Assembly: GCA_964016885.1 (NCBI GenBank) | Contig: OZ024749.1 | Location: 51,894,001 to 51,958,000, forward strand | Reading direction: 5' to 3' | Length of the DNA stretch: 64,000 nucleotides | From: Eledone cirrhosa | Lineage: Eukaryota | Part shown: positions 11,618 through 63,026 of the stretch, piece by piece | Layout of the letters: every line of letters begins with the position of its first letter | Numbering within the stretch: the first letter of the stretch is position 1 | Notes under the pieces: model-generated | What the model was told of the DNA's origin: nothing | The model's database searches: none | What the model saw: only the letters and a program-made list of their open reading frames with translations | Translations under genes and position numbers: made by a program

Positions 11618-11757
11618 TAGTTCATTGTTTCTGAAGAAAACGGCGAGATGGATCAAGGATATCGAGACTAGAAATAGGTGGTGACACTACCTGTTAGTAA
11701 ATATATCGATTTCCCATGATCAATCATCCCTCTGAAACGATCGTAAACAATGAACTA
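11618..11757 (+). ncRNA. Putative type I hammerhead ribozyme with extended stem II (Penelope/retrozyme-like)
   Basis: Stem I TAGTTCATTGTT/AACAATGAACTA, core CTGAAGA at 11631-11637, GAAAC-GATC-GT-A at 11734-11745, long imperfect hairpin in between. Confidence 0.6.
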
Positions 11758-11997
11758 ATTAAGAACCTATTTTCGACTTTTGTTTATTTATTCATTGTTC
11801 AATACACACACAATTATATATTACATATATTTCTCTGGAACTAGCTGTTGAGACGGCAAGAGCTCAGCCATCGGGCCCCGACTCTTTCTATTATAGTCAC
11901 ACTCTACTATCCCTAGTATGGAGTACTCTGTTGAATAATGGTCTAACTAGTTTAATACTGGCTTAATCCTGATATATATATATATATATATATATCG

Positions 11998-12168
11998 GGA
12001 TTAAGCCAGTATTAAACTAGTATATATATATATATATATATATATAAGGATTAAGCCAGTATTAAACTAGTATATATATATATATATATATATAAGGATT
12101 AAGCCAGTATTAAACTAGTATATATATATATATATATATATAAGGATTAAGCCAGTATTAAACTAGTA
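11998..12168. repeat. Four 23-bp units separated by (TA)n
   Basis: GGATTAAGCCAGTATTAAACTAG x4, inverted relative to 11947-11969. Confidence 0.85.
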
Positions 12169-12532
12169 TATATATATATATATACCACCTCGTGGTATTG
12201 TGATACCGTCAACCTATATATATACCGGTTATTTCATAGTATCAGTGATGCCTTGATTTAGCAAACCTATGCTGCTGAAAGGTATTTCAGTCGTAACTAT
12301 ACCGGCTTCATTTGTTTTTGTTTTTACTATTTTTTTCTACCGTGGGGCAGGGGAGCACATAATCAAATGTGTCCCTCCTCATTCTAAACGGGGTGTGGTT
12401 CGTACCCCCACTTGCCTGCTGTGAAAAGCAGATCAAGTGACAGCAGGTTTAGTGTTGTTGAAACATGTAAACATAATTAAATCCAGTTCAATCTTGGTTA
12501 ATGTAATTGTCAAAACTCTCTCTCTCTCTCTC

Positions 12533-12581
<49 letters not shown>

Positions 12582-13299
12582 CCTTTGAAGCCATAGCTTG
12601 TCCTAATCCAGGTAGCGAATGATAAAGGTTGGGGATCGGGCCGGTAACCGTACCCCGTAAAAAGACTCATTCGTCACAGAGAAACCACACTATGACTTTT
12701 CCAAATGTTGTGACCCGTTGCCGTGAGACTGGATGAGCCAGATAACCAGAAAGTGATATGAATGGACTCGATAAAGGCCGCTACTCTTTGCATTTTCCTA
12801 ATTTAAAAAAAAAACGAGAGAGAGAGAGAGAGATTTTACAATAGAATCGAGTCGAAGTTAAATCCAAATACATGGGACAAATAACGAAGTGTTAAATGTT
12901 CTGGGCTTCAAAAACGATTCGTGAAATTATTATATTCATACGAGTAGATTGATGCTAATTTTGGCGCTGTAATTATTATATGTCGAAGGACATATAATTA
13001 ATTTAGTTGTCGTTACATTATGGTGTCAATGAAATGTATGATCCAGTCACACTAGTTTCTCTCTGTCTATTTCTCTCCGTCATATATAGTCTTTATATTA
13101 ACTGTGTTTCATTTAGTCTGGTTTTTAATGTTAATTCTCTATGAAACAAACTACCACAACCACAACCATCACAATAACAGTTAGAACAGCAGCCACAACA
13201 ATAACAACAACCACAGCATAAACCAGAACAACAGTAACAAGAATAACAGCTAGAACCAGAAAGGTATGAATGACAGTTACCTACCCTTAATTTGGCTAA

Positions 13300-13342
13300 A
13301 CAGGAAGTAGTTGTCTATTCACGTGATTTAGCGCCATTTTTG
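13300..13342. promoter_or_regulatory. Candidate core promoter of the CD2AP/SH3KBP1-like gene (ETS, E-box and YY1 motifs)
   Basis: ACAGGAAGT (ETS), TCACGTGA (E-box) and CGCCATTTT (YY1) cluster within about 40 bp, some 130 bp upstream of the start codon. Confidence 0.55.
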
Positions 13343-13471
13343 GTGATATCTATAATAATAGATTATGCTGTGTTCGTTCGTTTTATACTCCTGTATTTAC
13401 TGTATATATTAATTTTTAATTTCAATTACTAGTTTTGACGATATTTTTAAAAAAGACAGGGATATTCATAA

Positions 13472-51847
<38,376 letters not shown>

Positions 51848-52813
51848 AAAAACCATTGCTGAGTGCAATATATCTGCTGTTTGGAGAATGGAACAAATTT
51901 AAACCATTTTTGTTTTTGTTTTTTTTTTCTTCTTCCACGTTTCCCACCCATATTGACATTTGCCTTGTCTTTCATCATAAACGTTCATCTTCATATATAT
52001 ACATATATATATATACACACAATATACAATCCATTTCCCACTCGCTCTGATTATATGGTCTTATTTTATTATTTTAATCATGTTTGTGTTAACTTTTTAT
52101 TTGAAAAGTATTTCAAATGTAAATTGTACTTTTCATTTTAAAAAAAAGATAGAAGAAAAAAAAGAACAACCAAACCTTTTCCCAATGTCCTTATATGGTG
52201 CTGACGCCATTGTTAGGATTGCAATCATAAACAAAAATAATAATTAAAATAATAATAATGATGATGATGGTATTATGATAACCAACAAAAAAAAAACAAT
52301 TTACAACATTTTCTATTTGTTGTAGAAATAATTCCAATGAAGCCCGAGTTGTACATAGTTATTATATTATGGGCTGCCTACTGGACTCGTTAGTGTAGAA
52401 ACCATAATGAAAGATAAACATTAGTGATATGGTGAGATTCTACTTAACAGCAATTATTGTGAATATTAAATTAAAGACATTTCTCTACCAAAATTCTTCT
52501 TTGACAATTTATTTTGTATTTCTATTAAAATGTTAAGTTTAATTAATTCACAATTATCTGCTGATAAAGTTAATAATTTGGGGGGCAACAGCACTATATT
52601 GTTTGTTTGTTTTCTCTCTCACTCTCTCTTTCTCACTCTGTGTGTCTCTCTCTCGCTCACCTTTTCCAGGTATTACTGCGGCCAATTGTTCTTTACTTAA
52701 CATCTTGTAAACCAATAAAGAAAGAACTAAAAAGCAGTCGACAATTGTGTCTTAATAAGTTAAGAGAGGAAAAAAAATATCTACATATATATCATGATAT
52801 CATGCAAATGAAA

Positions 52814-52854
<41 letters not shown>

Positions 52855-53185
52855 GTGTACATATATATATAAATATATATATATATGCGTACACATTGTA
52901 ACAATGAATGAAATAGAATATTATATCTTAAGTTTGTTAATTTCTGTAAAATTGCTTGTTAAAATAATCTCAATATTCTGTAAAACTACTTTTTTTCTTT
53001 TTTTTGGCTATTCATTTCTTTTCAGTATGTTCTCTTCAATTAGAAATGTTTTATTTCTGTAATTACTGCTGTTAATTTATATAATTAAGACTAATTTATT
53101 TAATTGTTTAATTGAAATATAATCATTAATAGTTTATTTATTAGAAATTTGAAATTTCTTTGCTATGACTTTTTTTTTCTCTTAA

Positions 53186-53253
<68 letters not shown>

Positions 53254-53477
53254 AGATAAACTATTCAGTTCCTTTCCACAATAACTGCACTTGATTAAAT
53301 CCTAAATATGACTGAAGTTTTATTATATTTTCTTCACAATAAATATCAATATTCATTACATCTTGCTCTCTAAATCAACACTCATTAATCTCTCTATGTA
53401 TATTTCAGTAATCAATTAATTAATTAAAGCACTTTCGGGTCTTAAAGCTAAACAAACATTCCTCATGTGTGCTCTAT

Positions 53478-53517
<40 letters not shown>

Positions 53518-56500
53518 GCATATATATATTTTTTCAATTTTTACCTGTGAATAATGCTGAAAGTTGACTCATTAGTAATATAGTTAATTAGTAAACTTTT
53601 TTTTTTTTTCGGTTGTTTTAAATGCAGTATGAGCGACTATTTCCTCTTGAAAATTTGGATCAGCATAGAAATTATTTTATTGTCTGAAAAAAGTAGCAAT
53701 AATTAACGAACCTAACCAATATCTATGACTGTTGTAATTAAAGGTTGATTGTAATGTTTAGTTTTAGAGTAGCCGTTGCTTGCCATCATCTCTTCTATAA
53801 TCTCGTTTTCTTTGTTTTTTTCTGGGTAAACTGTATTTTGCTCATATTCTAATCTATTCTATTCTGATCTGATCAAATATATTCCTGAGATGGCATTGGT
53901 TTGGAAAATTGAATTATTCGTAAATGAATTTATTTATATATATAGATAGATAGAATTTAAATTTTTATATTAATACATACATGTGGTTTAGTGGTTAGAG
54001 AATTGGACTTACAATCATGGGTAGTGAGGTTGTGAGTTTGATTCCCTGACCGGGCAATGCATTATGTCCTTGAGCAAGAATATTGTATTTCTCGTTGCTC
54101 TTTCTTCCAGGAGTTGTGACCAATAATATATATTTAACGTGACTTAGTGGTTAGAGAATTGAATTTGCAAATGTGGTATTGGTTTTGAGTTCAATTCCAA
54201 GACCAGGTGATGTGTTAAATCCTCAAACAATTGAGCAAGAGACTTTATTTCATGTTGCTCTTTTTCTTTCTGCCAGGAGTTGTGACCGGTAGATAGTATC
54301 AACAATGAAAAGACCAATGGAAACATTGTTTCCTTGGTCCGATCTATTAAGTTCCACCTCACTTGGTGATAGAATGAGGTCAGATCTTGTTGATCAATGC
54401 GATCAGTCGATCAACACACAGATTTCCTAAAGCCCTTAAAGTTTAAAGAGTTAAGAGATATTATCCTAGTGTGTATTTTACAGATGGGATCAAATACTAG
54501 ACATGTTTTATCAAATATATATTATAATAGCTATTTTTAGCACAATATATTCTGTAAAGATTTTAAAGAATATTCTTTAAGAAATCAATTTTATCTTGTT
54601 TAATTTTTATGTGATATATACATAATTATCTCACTGTATTGTTTGTGGGGTTAGTTTAGAATATCTTCTGTTAGTTGTCTTTCTAGTGGGTAAATAAAAT
54701 AGCTGAACTAATGTTAGGTACCTTTCTCATGGGTAAATAAAATAGCTGATCTATTAAATGTTAGGTACCTTTCTCATACTCTTTTTTTTTTTTTTTACTC
54801 TTTTACCTGTTCCAGCCATGCTGGGGCACTGCCCTTGATGGAGGTAAATAAAATAGCCGAGTTGTTAAATGAAGCATTAAATTTCATAATAAAACTTCAC
54901 ATACCAATAAAAAAATATTAAGTTATTTAAGCCTAAAATTAACCTAATTAATTCATAAGATTAAGATTGTAATTAAAAAATTCCTTCTGTTCATTTTTTT
55001 TTTTCCTTCAATTTTTTTTTTTTTTTTTTTTTGTGCTTGATCTTAAAATGTTTGCAAAAAATTAAAATAATGAATAAATTTTAATTGTTTTACACTTTGA
55101 TATATATTTTTTAAAAGTGTAATTTCAGGACATTTTGTCAGAAGTATTTTATGTTTCATTTCTAAAAACCATCCAACAAATGTTTTTATTGTATTGGTGC
55201 ATTTATTACCAATATTAACATCCATAAAATCTGTCTTTTAATGTGTATAAATGAAATATGTTTATTTATTTATTTAATTAGCTGTTCCAGCCATCATTAT
55301 TTAATTTTGTATTTGACCCCCTCCCCCCCCCCCCCCCCTACAAAAATTTATGCAGATTTACATATTTAGAATAAGTCGAAAACATTGAATCAAATAACCC
55401 ACTTACTATATACATGTATATATATGTATGTTTTTATATATATATATATATACACACAATCACACTCAAATTTTGTGATATATTCTTAAAAAGCCAACTA
55501 AAATGTGACTATGACAAAAAATAAACTTGAAATAACATTCATTAGTCTGTTGTATTTACACATTAAAATATTAGTTGGCCAATTAACACATAACATGAAG
55601 GGCAATGGGGCCTTGCATTAGAGGTCACACAGGCCTTGCATTAGGGGTCACACACACACATTTTCAAATTTCCAATTCTCACAATGCTTCTTAAATCAAT
55701 CAGCTGTTGATAACTTGAAGGATTTTTAGATATATAAAATCTTAACGTTTTACTAGTTTTAACCTTTTCATGACCAAATTTCTAATTAGATATACTCTAT
55801 TTTAATTAATTAATGATGAATTTTGAGGGATTTACTAAAATTATTAATTATTTCATTCCTAAGATAGTAACTTAACATAAGGTTCTTATATAAAATTATG
55901 TTGGAAGATTTTAATTTAAATAGGAACTCTGTATTTTAATTAATGAAGACTTTTCAGGGATTTACTAAAATTATTATTTCATTACTAAGATAGGAACCCT
56001 TAATGAAGAATTTTTGTAAAATCCCCAAAAATTCTTCATTAATTAGATAGTAACTTAATGTAAGGTTCTTATATAAAATTATGTTGAAAGATTTTAATTT
56101 AAATTGGAAACCTTTAAAATGGGTGGTTTTCTTTCATAGAACCAGATCTGGATTTGGCTGGTTTAATAACAAAAGGGTTAATATATTTAGAATTGCTGAT
56201 TAGTCCCCTGCCCCACTCATCTCACCCCTGTGTTGACATTTCATACAGTGTATTAATCAATTACATCAAACATCTGTTGTGTTTGATCCATTTCAATAAC
56301 AGCTTAATCAATATTATGGCCACGTTAATTTTATTAAGAAATTTACAGTCTTAAAAGAAAAACCTTTTTGTCTCAATTTTGTAAACAATTGAGAATCTTT
56401 GTTGTTTTTTTTCCAAGTATTTGACTGTTAAATCATAGCAAGTCAAGAAACTTCATTGTTAGGTCATGTCTTAGATGTGTGTATGTATATATACATATGT

Positions 56501-57702
56501 AAATATGTGTTTGTATGTATATGTATTTATGTGTGTATGTGTATATATATATATGTGTGTGTGGGTGTGTGTGTTTATGTATGTGTATGTATATGTGTGT
56601 GTTTATGTATGTGTATATATATATATGTGTGTATGTATATATATATATATGTATGTGTGTGTGTATTGGTTGTGAAAAAGATTTGAAATTTTAGAGGCTT
56701 GACTTCATCAAAGTTAAACCCTGTTTATTTCTCTGACTTTCAAAATGTTTTACTATCACAATGAAGCTGTTAAAAGCTGGATCCCATAAATTTTGTCTGC
56801 TTTATATCATATATATAATAATATACATGATACACTGTTAAACCTTTTACTGTCTTTCCTCAGCCACAAACTCATCTCTTGTAGAATCTGAGATGAGATT
56901 CAAATGTGTTTTATTTCATTTTTAAATCAGAACACATAAATAAACATTGTTGTCTCTGATTGAGACGAAGTGAGAGTATATTTGAATTCATAGAAAAATT
57001 AGAAACCTCATCACTAGAACAGCTTTTAAAACAGCCAAATGCTGTCAAAGACAGCTCAGGGGATAGAGACCAGCGGCCAGTGGGACCACTGTAAAACAAC
57101 TAAATGCTGTCAAAGACAGCTCAAAGAATAGGGACCAGTGGCCAGTGGGACCACAGTAAAACAGCCAAATGCTGTCAAAGATAGCAATGGGCAAAAATAC
57201 CTCAGAGGACAGAGACCAGCCGGTGGGACAACTATTTTAACAGCTGTTCTAGCAATGAGTTTTCTCATTTTTCTAAGAACACAAAGATTCTAAGCCAATT
57301 TCTGATCACCAAATTACTTACAGTCTATATTGAAAGATATAATATCAGTGATTAGTCTCTAAATTTTCAGTTAGTAACACTTTTTTCCCTATATTTTATT
57401 TTATATTTTAATGTAAATAGAATTGTAATGTTAAAATAAGGAATTTGGAAAAATATGATTTGCTGTTCAGTGTTTGATAGAATGACAAGACTTCTTTTTA
57501 AAATGGTTCCATTTCAATGGTTTATTATTTGTTTAATTGTAGACAAATCGCTTGAAATACTCTGGCAGGATAGTGGCCTTGTATGCCTCCTATGATTGAA
57601 CTAATAATAATTATAAATAAAGAAATGTCCAACGCATGAATGGGGGGGAGGGGGACAGTGGTAAAAATTACGACAATGATGATAATGAGATCCATTTCAC
57701 TT

Positions 57703-57988
57703 TTCCCTTCACCCTCCAGGGTCGTTAGGACACTGCATTATGCAGCACATCTTGGGCAATTCCCTTCACTCTCCAGGGCCGTTAAAACACTGCTTTATGC
57801 AACATATCTTGGGCAATTCCCTTCACTCTCCAGGGCCGTTAAAACATTGCTTTATGCAGCATACTTTGAGCAATTCCCTTCACCCTCCAGGGCCGTTAAA
57901 ACACTGCTTTATGCAACATATCTTGGGCAATTCCCTTCACCCTCCAGGGCCGTTAAAACACTGCTTTATGCAACATATCTTGGGCAAT
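57703..57988. repeat. 60-bp tandem repeat (about 4.7 copies)
   Basis: TTCCCTTCACCCTCCAGGGCCGTTAAAACACTGCTTTATGCAACATATCTTGGGCAA repeated. Confidence 0.85.
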
Positions 57989-59119
57989 TACAGCTCAGTG
58001 GAGCCCATCCCTCTCTGGGCCTCACAAATAATTACAATAACTTATGGCAAACACTGTACAGTAAAAGGAAAGCTTTGAAACAGTTTCAGTTCCTGTCTGA
58101 AGCAGTTTAATTCACTTATTCCATTCTCACTTGAAAAAGATATAAATGGTGCAGTTTTGTGCCTAGTGAAAAATATATCAATAATATTGTATATATATAA
58201 GTAGTCGATCTCTCGGACTTTTACAAAGTGCTGAGATGATAAAGTTAATATAAAGAATGATGTGCTCGTGTGCAGAGAGATGCTATAAAATAGAGTGAAG
58301 ACTTTTAAAGATGAAAAAATTTGCCATCGGCCGCTATGAGGAGATATGAGGTTCTTCATAACAGCCGATGGTAACTTCTATTACCTTCGTTAAGGATCTT
58401 CACCTTATTTTATAACATCTCTACACATGAAGCACATCATTGTTTATAATTAACATTAATAATATTAATTAATTATTGGAGACTGATTGAGTACGTTTCA
58501 GTATTCAGTTTCATCCCCTTATATTCTGAGATCAAATCCCACCAAAGTCAACTTTTTTTTCTTTCAATATTTCCGAGGTTGATAAAAACAAAGTACCATT
58601 ATTTTAAACATTCATGAATTGCTAGAATCGTTAGAGCGTCAGATAAAATGTTTGTGGTATTCAATTCCAGTTCTTTGCACTCAATCCCACCAAAAGATCC
58701 ACTTCGCCTTTTATCCTCCCAGTGGAAGGGGAGGGGGGTATCAATATACTCATCTTTCCCCACCCCCCTCTCCACAAATTGCTGGCCTTGTGCTTAAATT
58801 AGAAATTATTATTTTAAGGTGGTGAGGCAGTAGTAGATTAGCAGAATTGTTGGATAAAATACCTTGTGGTATTAACTTCTGGCTTTTTACGTTCTGAGTT
58901 CAAATCCCACCAAGGCCAATTTTTGCCTTTCAACTTTCCAGGAGGAACAGTCAATAAAATAAAGTACCAGTCACGTACTGGGGTCAGGTTAAATATAAAC
59001 CACCACCTCCACCACCACCCTCCATTGCTGGCCTTGTGCCCTAAATTAGAAACTATTATTTTAAGTAATTTTTATCATGAATATGTGTCTGTTTTCTTGA
59101 AGTTAACCTGTGTTTACAA

Positions 59120-59475
59120 GTGAGATGGAATCACACCTGTCTTACAAAGTGGTAACCTCTACACCATAGCACCTGTTGGAAGAGGTGAGATGATATCACA
59201 CCTGTCTTACAAAGTGGTAACCTCTACACCATAGCACCTGTTGGAAGAGGTGAGATGATATCACACCTGTCTTACAAAGTGGTAACCTCTACACCATAGC
59301 ACCTGTTGGAAGAGGTGAGATGATATCACACCTGTGTTAGCCTGGTGCTAACCACTACACCATAGCATAGCTTCTGTCAGAACAGGTAAGATGATGTCAC
59401 ACCTATGCTTACCTGGTGGTAACCACTATATTACAGTACCTGTCAGGATAGGTCAGATGATGTCCCACCTGTGTT
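59120..59475. repeat. 65-bp tandem repeat (3 perfect plus degenerate copies)
   Basis: TCACACCTGTCTTACAAAGTGGTAACCTCTACACCATAGCACCTGTTGGAAGAGGTGAGATGATA. Confidence 0.85.
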
Positions 59476-60868
59476 TCTTTGTTTTATTTCTATATTATTC
59501 GAACATATGGATTGGCAGAGTCAGTCAAAATGCTTTGCGGTATTTAGTTCTGCCTTTCTACGTTCTGAGTTCAAATCCCACCGAGGTCAACTTTATCTTT
59601 CATCCATTCCAGGGTCGATGTATCAATATAATCAACTTAATCCCACCACCACCACCACCCTCAAATTACTGGCCTTGTGCCTATGTTATAATATTAAAAA
59701 TTATTTTTTTAATCTACAATATAAAGATAGTGAAGTTGTGTCTGAGATCATCATTAAAACCTTAATTTATTGAATGAAGAATCTTATCAACTAGGATAAA
59801 ATTATTTTTTCTTTAATTTATAGGGAAAATAAATTTGATTTGAAGTGCCAAGAAAATAATTCATACTACTGTTATTTAATTTATTTATTGTCTTCTAAAT
59901 ATATATATATGTGTGTGTGTGTACATATATAAGTATATATAAGCCCATGTGCAGAGATGCTATAAAGATAGTTTATAGAATAGGGTCAAGACCCTTAAAA
60001 GATGTAAAAAGAAGTTGCCATCTGGGAGATATGGGGTTCAATCCCTCATAGCAGCCGATGGCAACTTTTTTTTTTTTTACTGTCTTTTAAGGGTGTTCAC
60101 CCTATTTTTTTATAAGCTATTTTATAACATCTCTGAGCTTGAACACATCTTTTATACTTATATATATATTGTCAGAACTTAAAAGTAAAAAATTTGGTTT
60201 CATACATTGTTTAAACCAAACTTTATTTCACAATCAGATAATTCTATAACCCTGCTCATTGAAACTGCATTATTTACAATGGTGACAAAAACCCAACAAT
60301 CTTTGCCTGATTGCAGTGAATGAAGTTTGGTGCTATTTTCATATTTTGATAATTTCACACACTTCTGTCTAATTGTCAAGTTTTACAAGAGCTTATTTCT
60401 CTTCCTACCTTTCTTTTTCTCTCTCTAATATATATATATATGTGTGTGTATACACACAAGTATATATATATAATATACACACATGTATGTGTGTGTGTGT
60501 ATATCATATGTATGTATGTGTATGTATATCATTTATGATATACATACGCATGTATATATATTATCTACAAACATATGCATGTGTGTGTGTATAAATACAT
60601 ATACACACTTATGTATGTATATACATATATATATATATGTGATTTCTTTTGTATTTATGTTCTAATTGCACTGCAATAATAGAGATAATGCTACATTGGG
60701 GGACTATAAACATGCATGACCAACTCTTTTATTAAAAACCTATTAAAAAATCTGCAAAATATTCAACTCTCTCTTTTAAAGGGAAAAGAGTTGAGTTAAT
60801 AAAGATGTGTGTTTGTGTCGATTTGTTTAATAGAGGTTATATATATATATATATATATACGCACACAT

Positions 60869-60900
<32 letters not shown>

Positions 60901-61004
60901 TTTTCTCCCATTAATTGTAATTGACATGACAACTCACAAATAATATAGAAATGGTTTGAGGTATCATTTTTTTTTTATTAAATAAAATAAATATTCCTAA
61001 ACAT

Positions 61005-61032
61005 ATATATATATATATGTATATACGTTGTG

Positions 61033-61069
<37 letters not shown>

Positions 61070-61368
61070 TATATATGATGTGTGTATATATAATATATAT
61101 ATATATAATATATGTATATATGATGTGTATATATATATATATATAATATGTATATATGATGTGTATATATATATATATATAATATGTATATATGATGTGT
61201 ATATATATATATATATAATATGTATATATGATGTGTATATATATAATATATATATATATATAATATGTATATATGATGTGTGTATATATATATATATATA
61301 TATAATATGTATATATGATGTGTATATATATATATATATATAATATGTATATATGATGTGTATATATA
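61005..61368. repeat. TA-rich minisatellite
   Basis: (TA)nATATGTATATATGATGTG repeated. Confidence 0.85.
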
Positions 61369-62357
61369 CTTAGTCTTTATGAATTGAAGAATATAAGTTG
61401 TTCGTGTAGACAACAATGATGTGTGTGAATTTTAGTTTGAATCCCTTTTCAAAATACCCAACAACTTCTGTGAAGTTGTCCTCATCATAAGCTTTCTTCT
61501 TAATATTATCTACTTTAACTGATTGTATGCTTCATATATTAAATCCGAATATTCTACAATTATTAGAATCTCTGGGGAGATGTGATCTCTAGAGCAATGT
61601 GTTTTGTAACCACATAGCATGGACCAAACCAAATATTTTTTTTTCTTTAAAAAACTGAAGTGCTGGATTTGTCAATGTAGTTTTGCCTACATCCCATCAT
61701 TAGATCACTAATGTAAAATGTGTCTATGAATAAAATCAGATTCAATAATGTACTTGAAATAGTTTATCTTTCATTTTCTAGTCAAAGATTTTTTTTCTCT
61801 ACCTATTTTTAAACCCCCTTTTGTTATGAATGACCATGGGGTTTGCACCTAAAAAGTTTGCTTCTCTGAGGAGCATGTCTCAACAAGGTTGATTTTGTGG
61901 AAGACCAGCAGTCACACATGAATACCAATTTCCTATGCATACTGGTTCCTCCATGCGACTGGTGTTGTCCCAGGGAAAGGCAAAGGCCGATACAGCTTGG
62001 CACCAGTGACAGTATAATTCATATATACATAATATATATGTATGTGTATATATATATATATTATGGTCCCGCAATATATATATAAACACTATACATAATG
62101 TCAAAGGGAAAGGCATTGCCCAATAGAGCTTGGCACCAGTGACGACATAACTTATATAAACACTCTCTCTCTCTCTTTCTATATATATATAAAGGAATTT
62201 GTAGTTAACTTATGGTATAAATTCAAAGTTTGAAAGCCATGGCAATGTAGGTTTGGATGCAGAATAATTAAATCGTAAGAAACGGCTTGTTTTTTTACCA
62301 CTTCCAGCCAGCATGGTGTAGCAAGCCACATCAGACACTGGAATAATTCCTTTGTTT

Positions 62358-62395
62358 TCCTCGGAAGAAGAGATATTAATCTTGAAATATCAGGA
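62358..62395 (+). ncRNA. Minimal hammerhead-like motif with a degenerate core
   Basis: TCCT-CGGAAGA-A-GAGAT-ATTA-ATCTT-GAAA-TATC-AGGA. Confidence 0.4.
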
Positions 62396-63026
62396 CATAT
62401 GAAGAAATGAAGGTAAAAAAACAATCTTACGATTTAATTACTCTCCATCCAAATCTGCTTTGTCGTGGCTTCCAAACTTCAAATTCTTTATTTATATATA
62501 TATATCGATCGACATTCGTTAAATCGGACAGACTAAACAATGTTTTCGTCGGTCTTTCCAGTTGCTAGTACTATCTATCCGTCGCAACTCCAGGTAGAAG
62601 GAGCAACGTGAAATGAAGTGTCTTGCTCAAGGACATAACGCATCGCCTGGTGCAGGAATCGAACCCACAACCTCAAGATTGTGAATCCAATTCTCAAACC
62701 ACTGACACACGCCTTCATATAAATATAAACACTTAAAATACCCATATGGCAAGTTATGGGACCACACCATACCATAGCAATTATTATCTGTTTATTATAT
62801 TAACCATATTTGTCACAATAATACAATGCAGGTCCCATATTCAGACTGTATTAAAAATAATCATCCTATTTCAAAAGGCTATTTAAACAAATGACCATAT
62901 AATCATGTGGTAACTTGTACAATGGTAGAATCATTGAAAATTAAGGGGAGGGACGGAGGCCGCGACAGTGGGAATTTGGTTCCATTGTGTTCAGACGTGG
63001 TGTGTGTGTATATATATATATATATA

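Noticed and set aside
11998-12168. CRISPR-like repeat-spacer pattern
   Set aside because: Spacers are (TA)n, there are no cas genes, and the context is eukaryotic
56456-56686. Cys/Val/Tyr/Ile-rich ORFs (and similar YIYI ORFs throughout)
   Set aside because: Translations of (TA)n and (TG)n microsatellites
57640-58110. 156-aa ORF with 20-aa repeats
   Set aside because: A 60-bp tandem repeat open in two frames, with no splice or homology support
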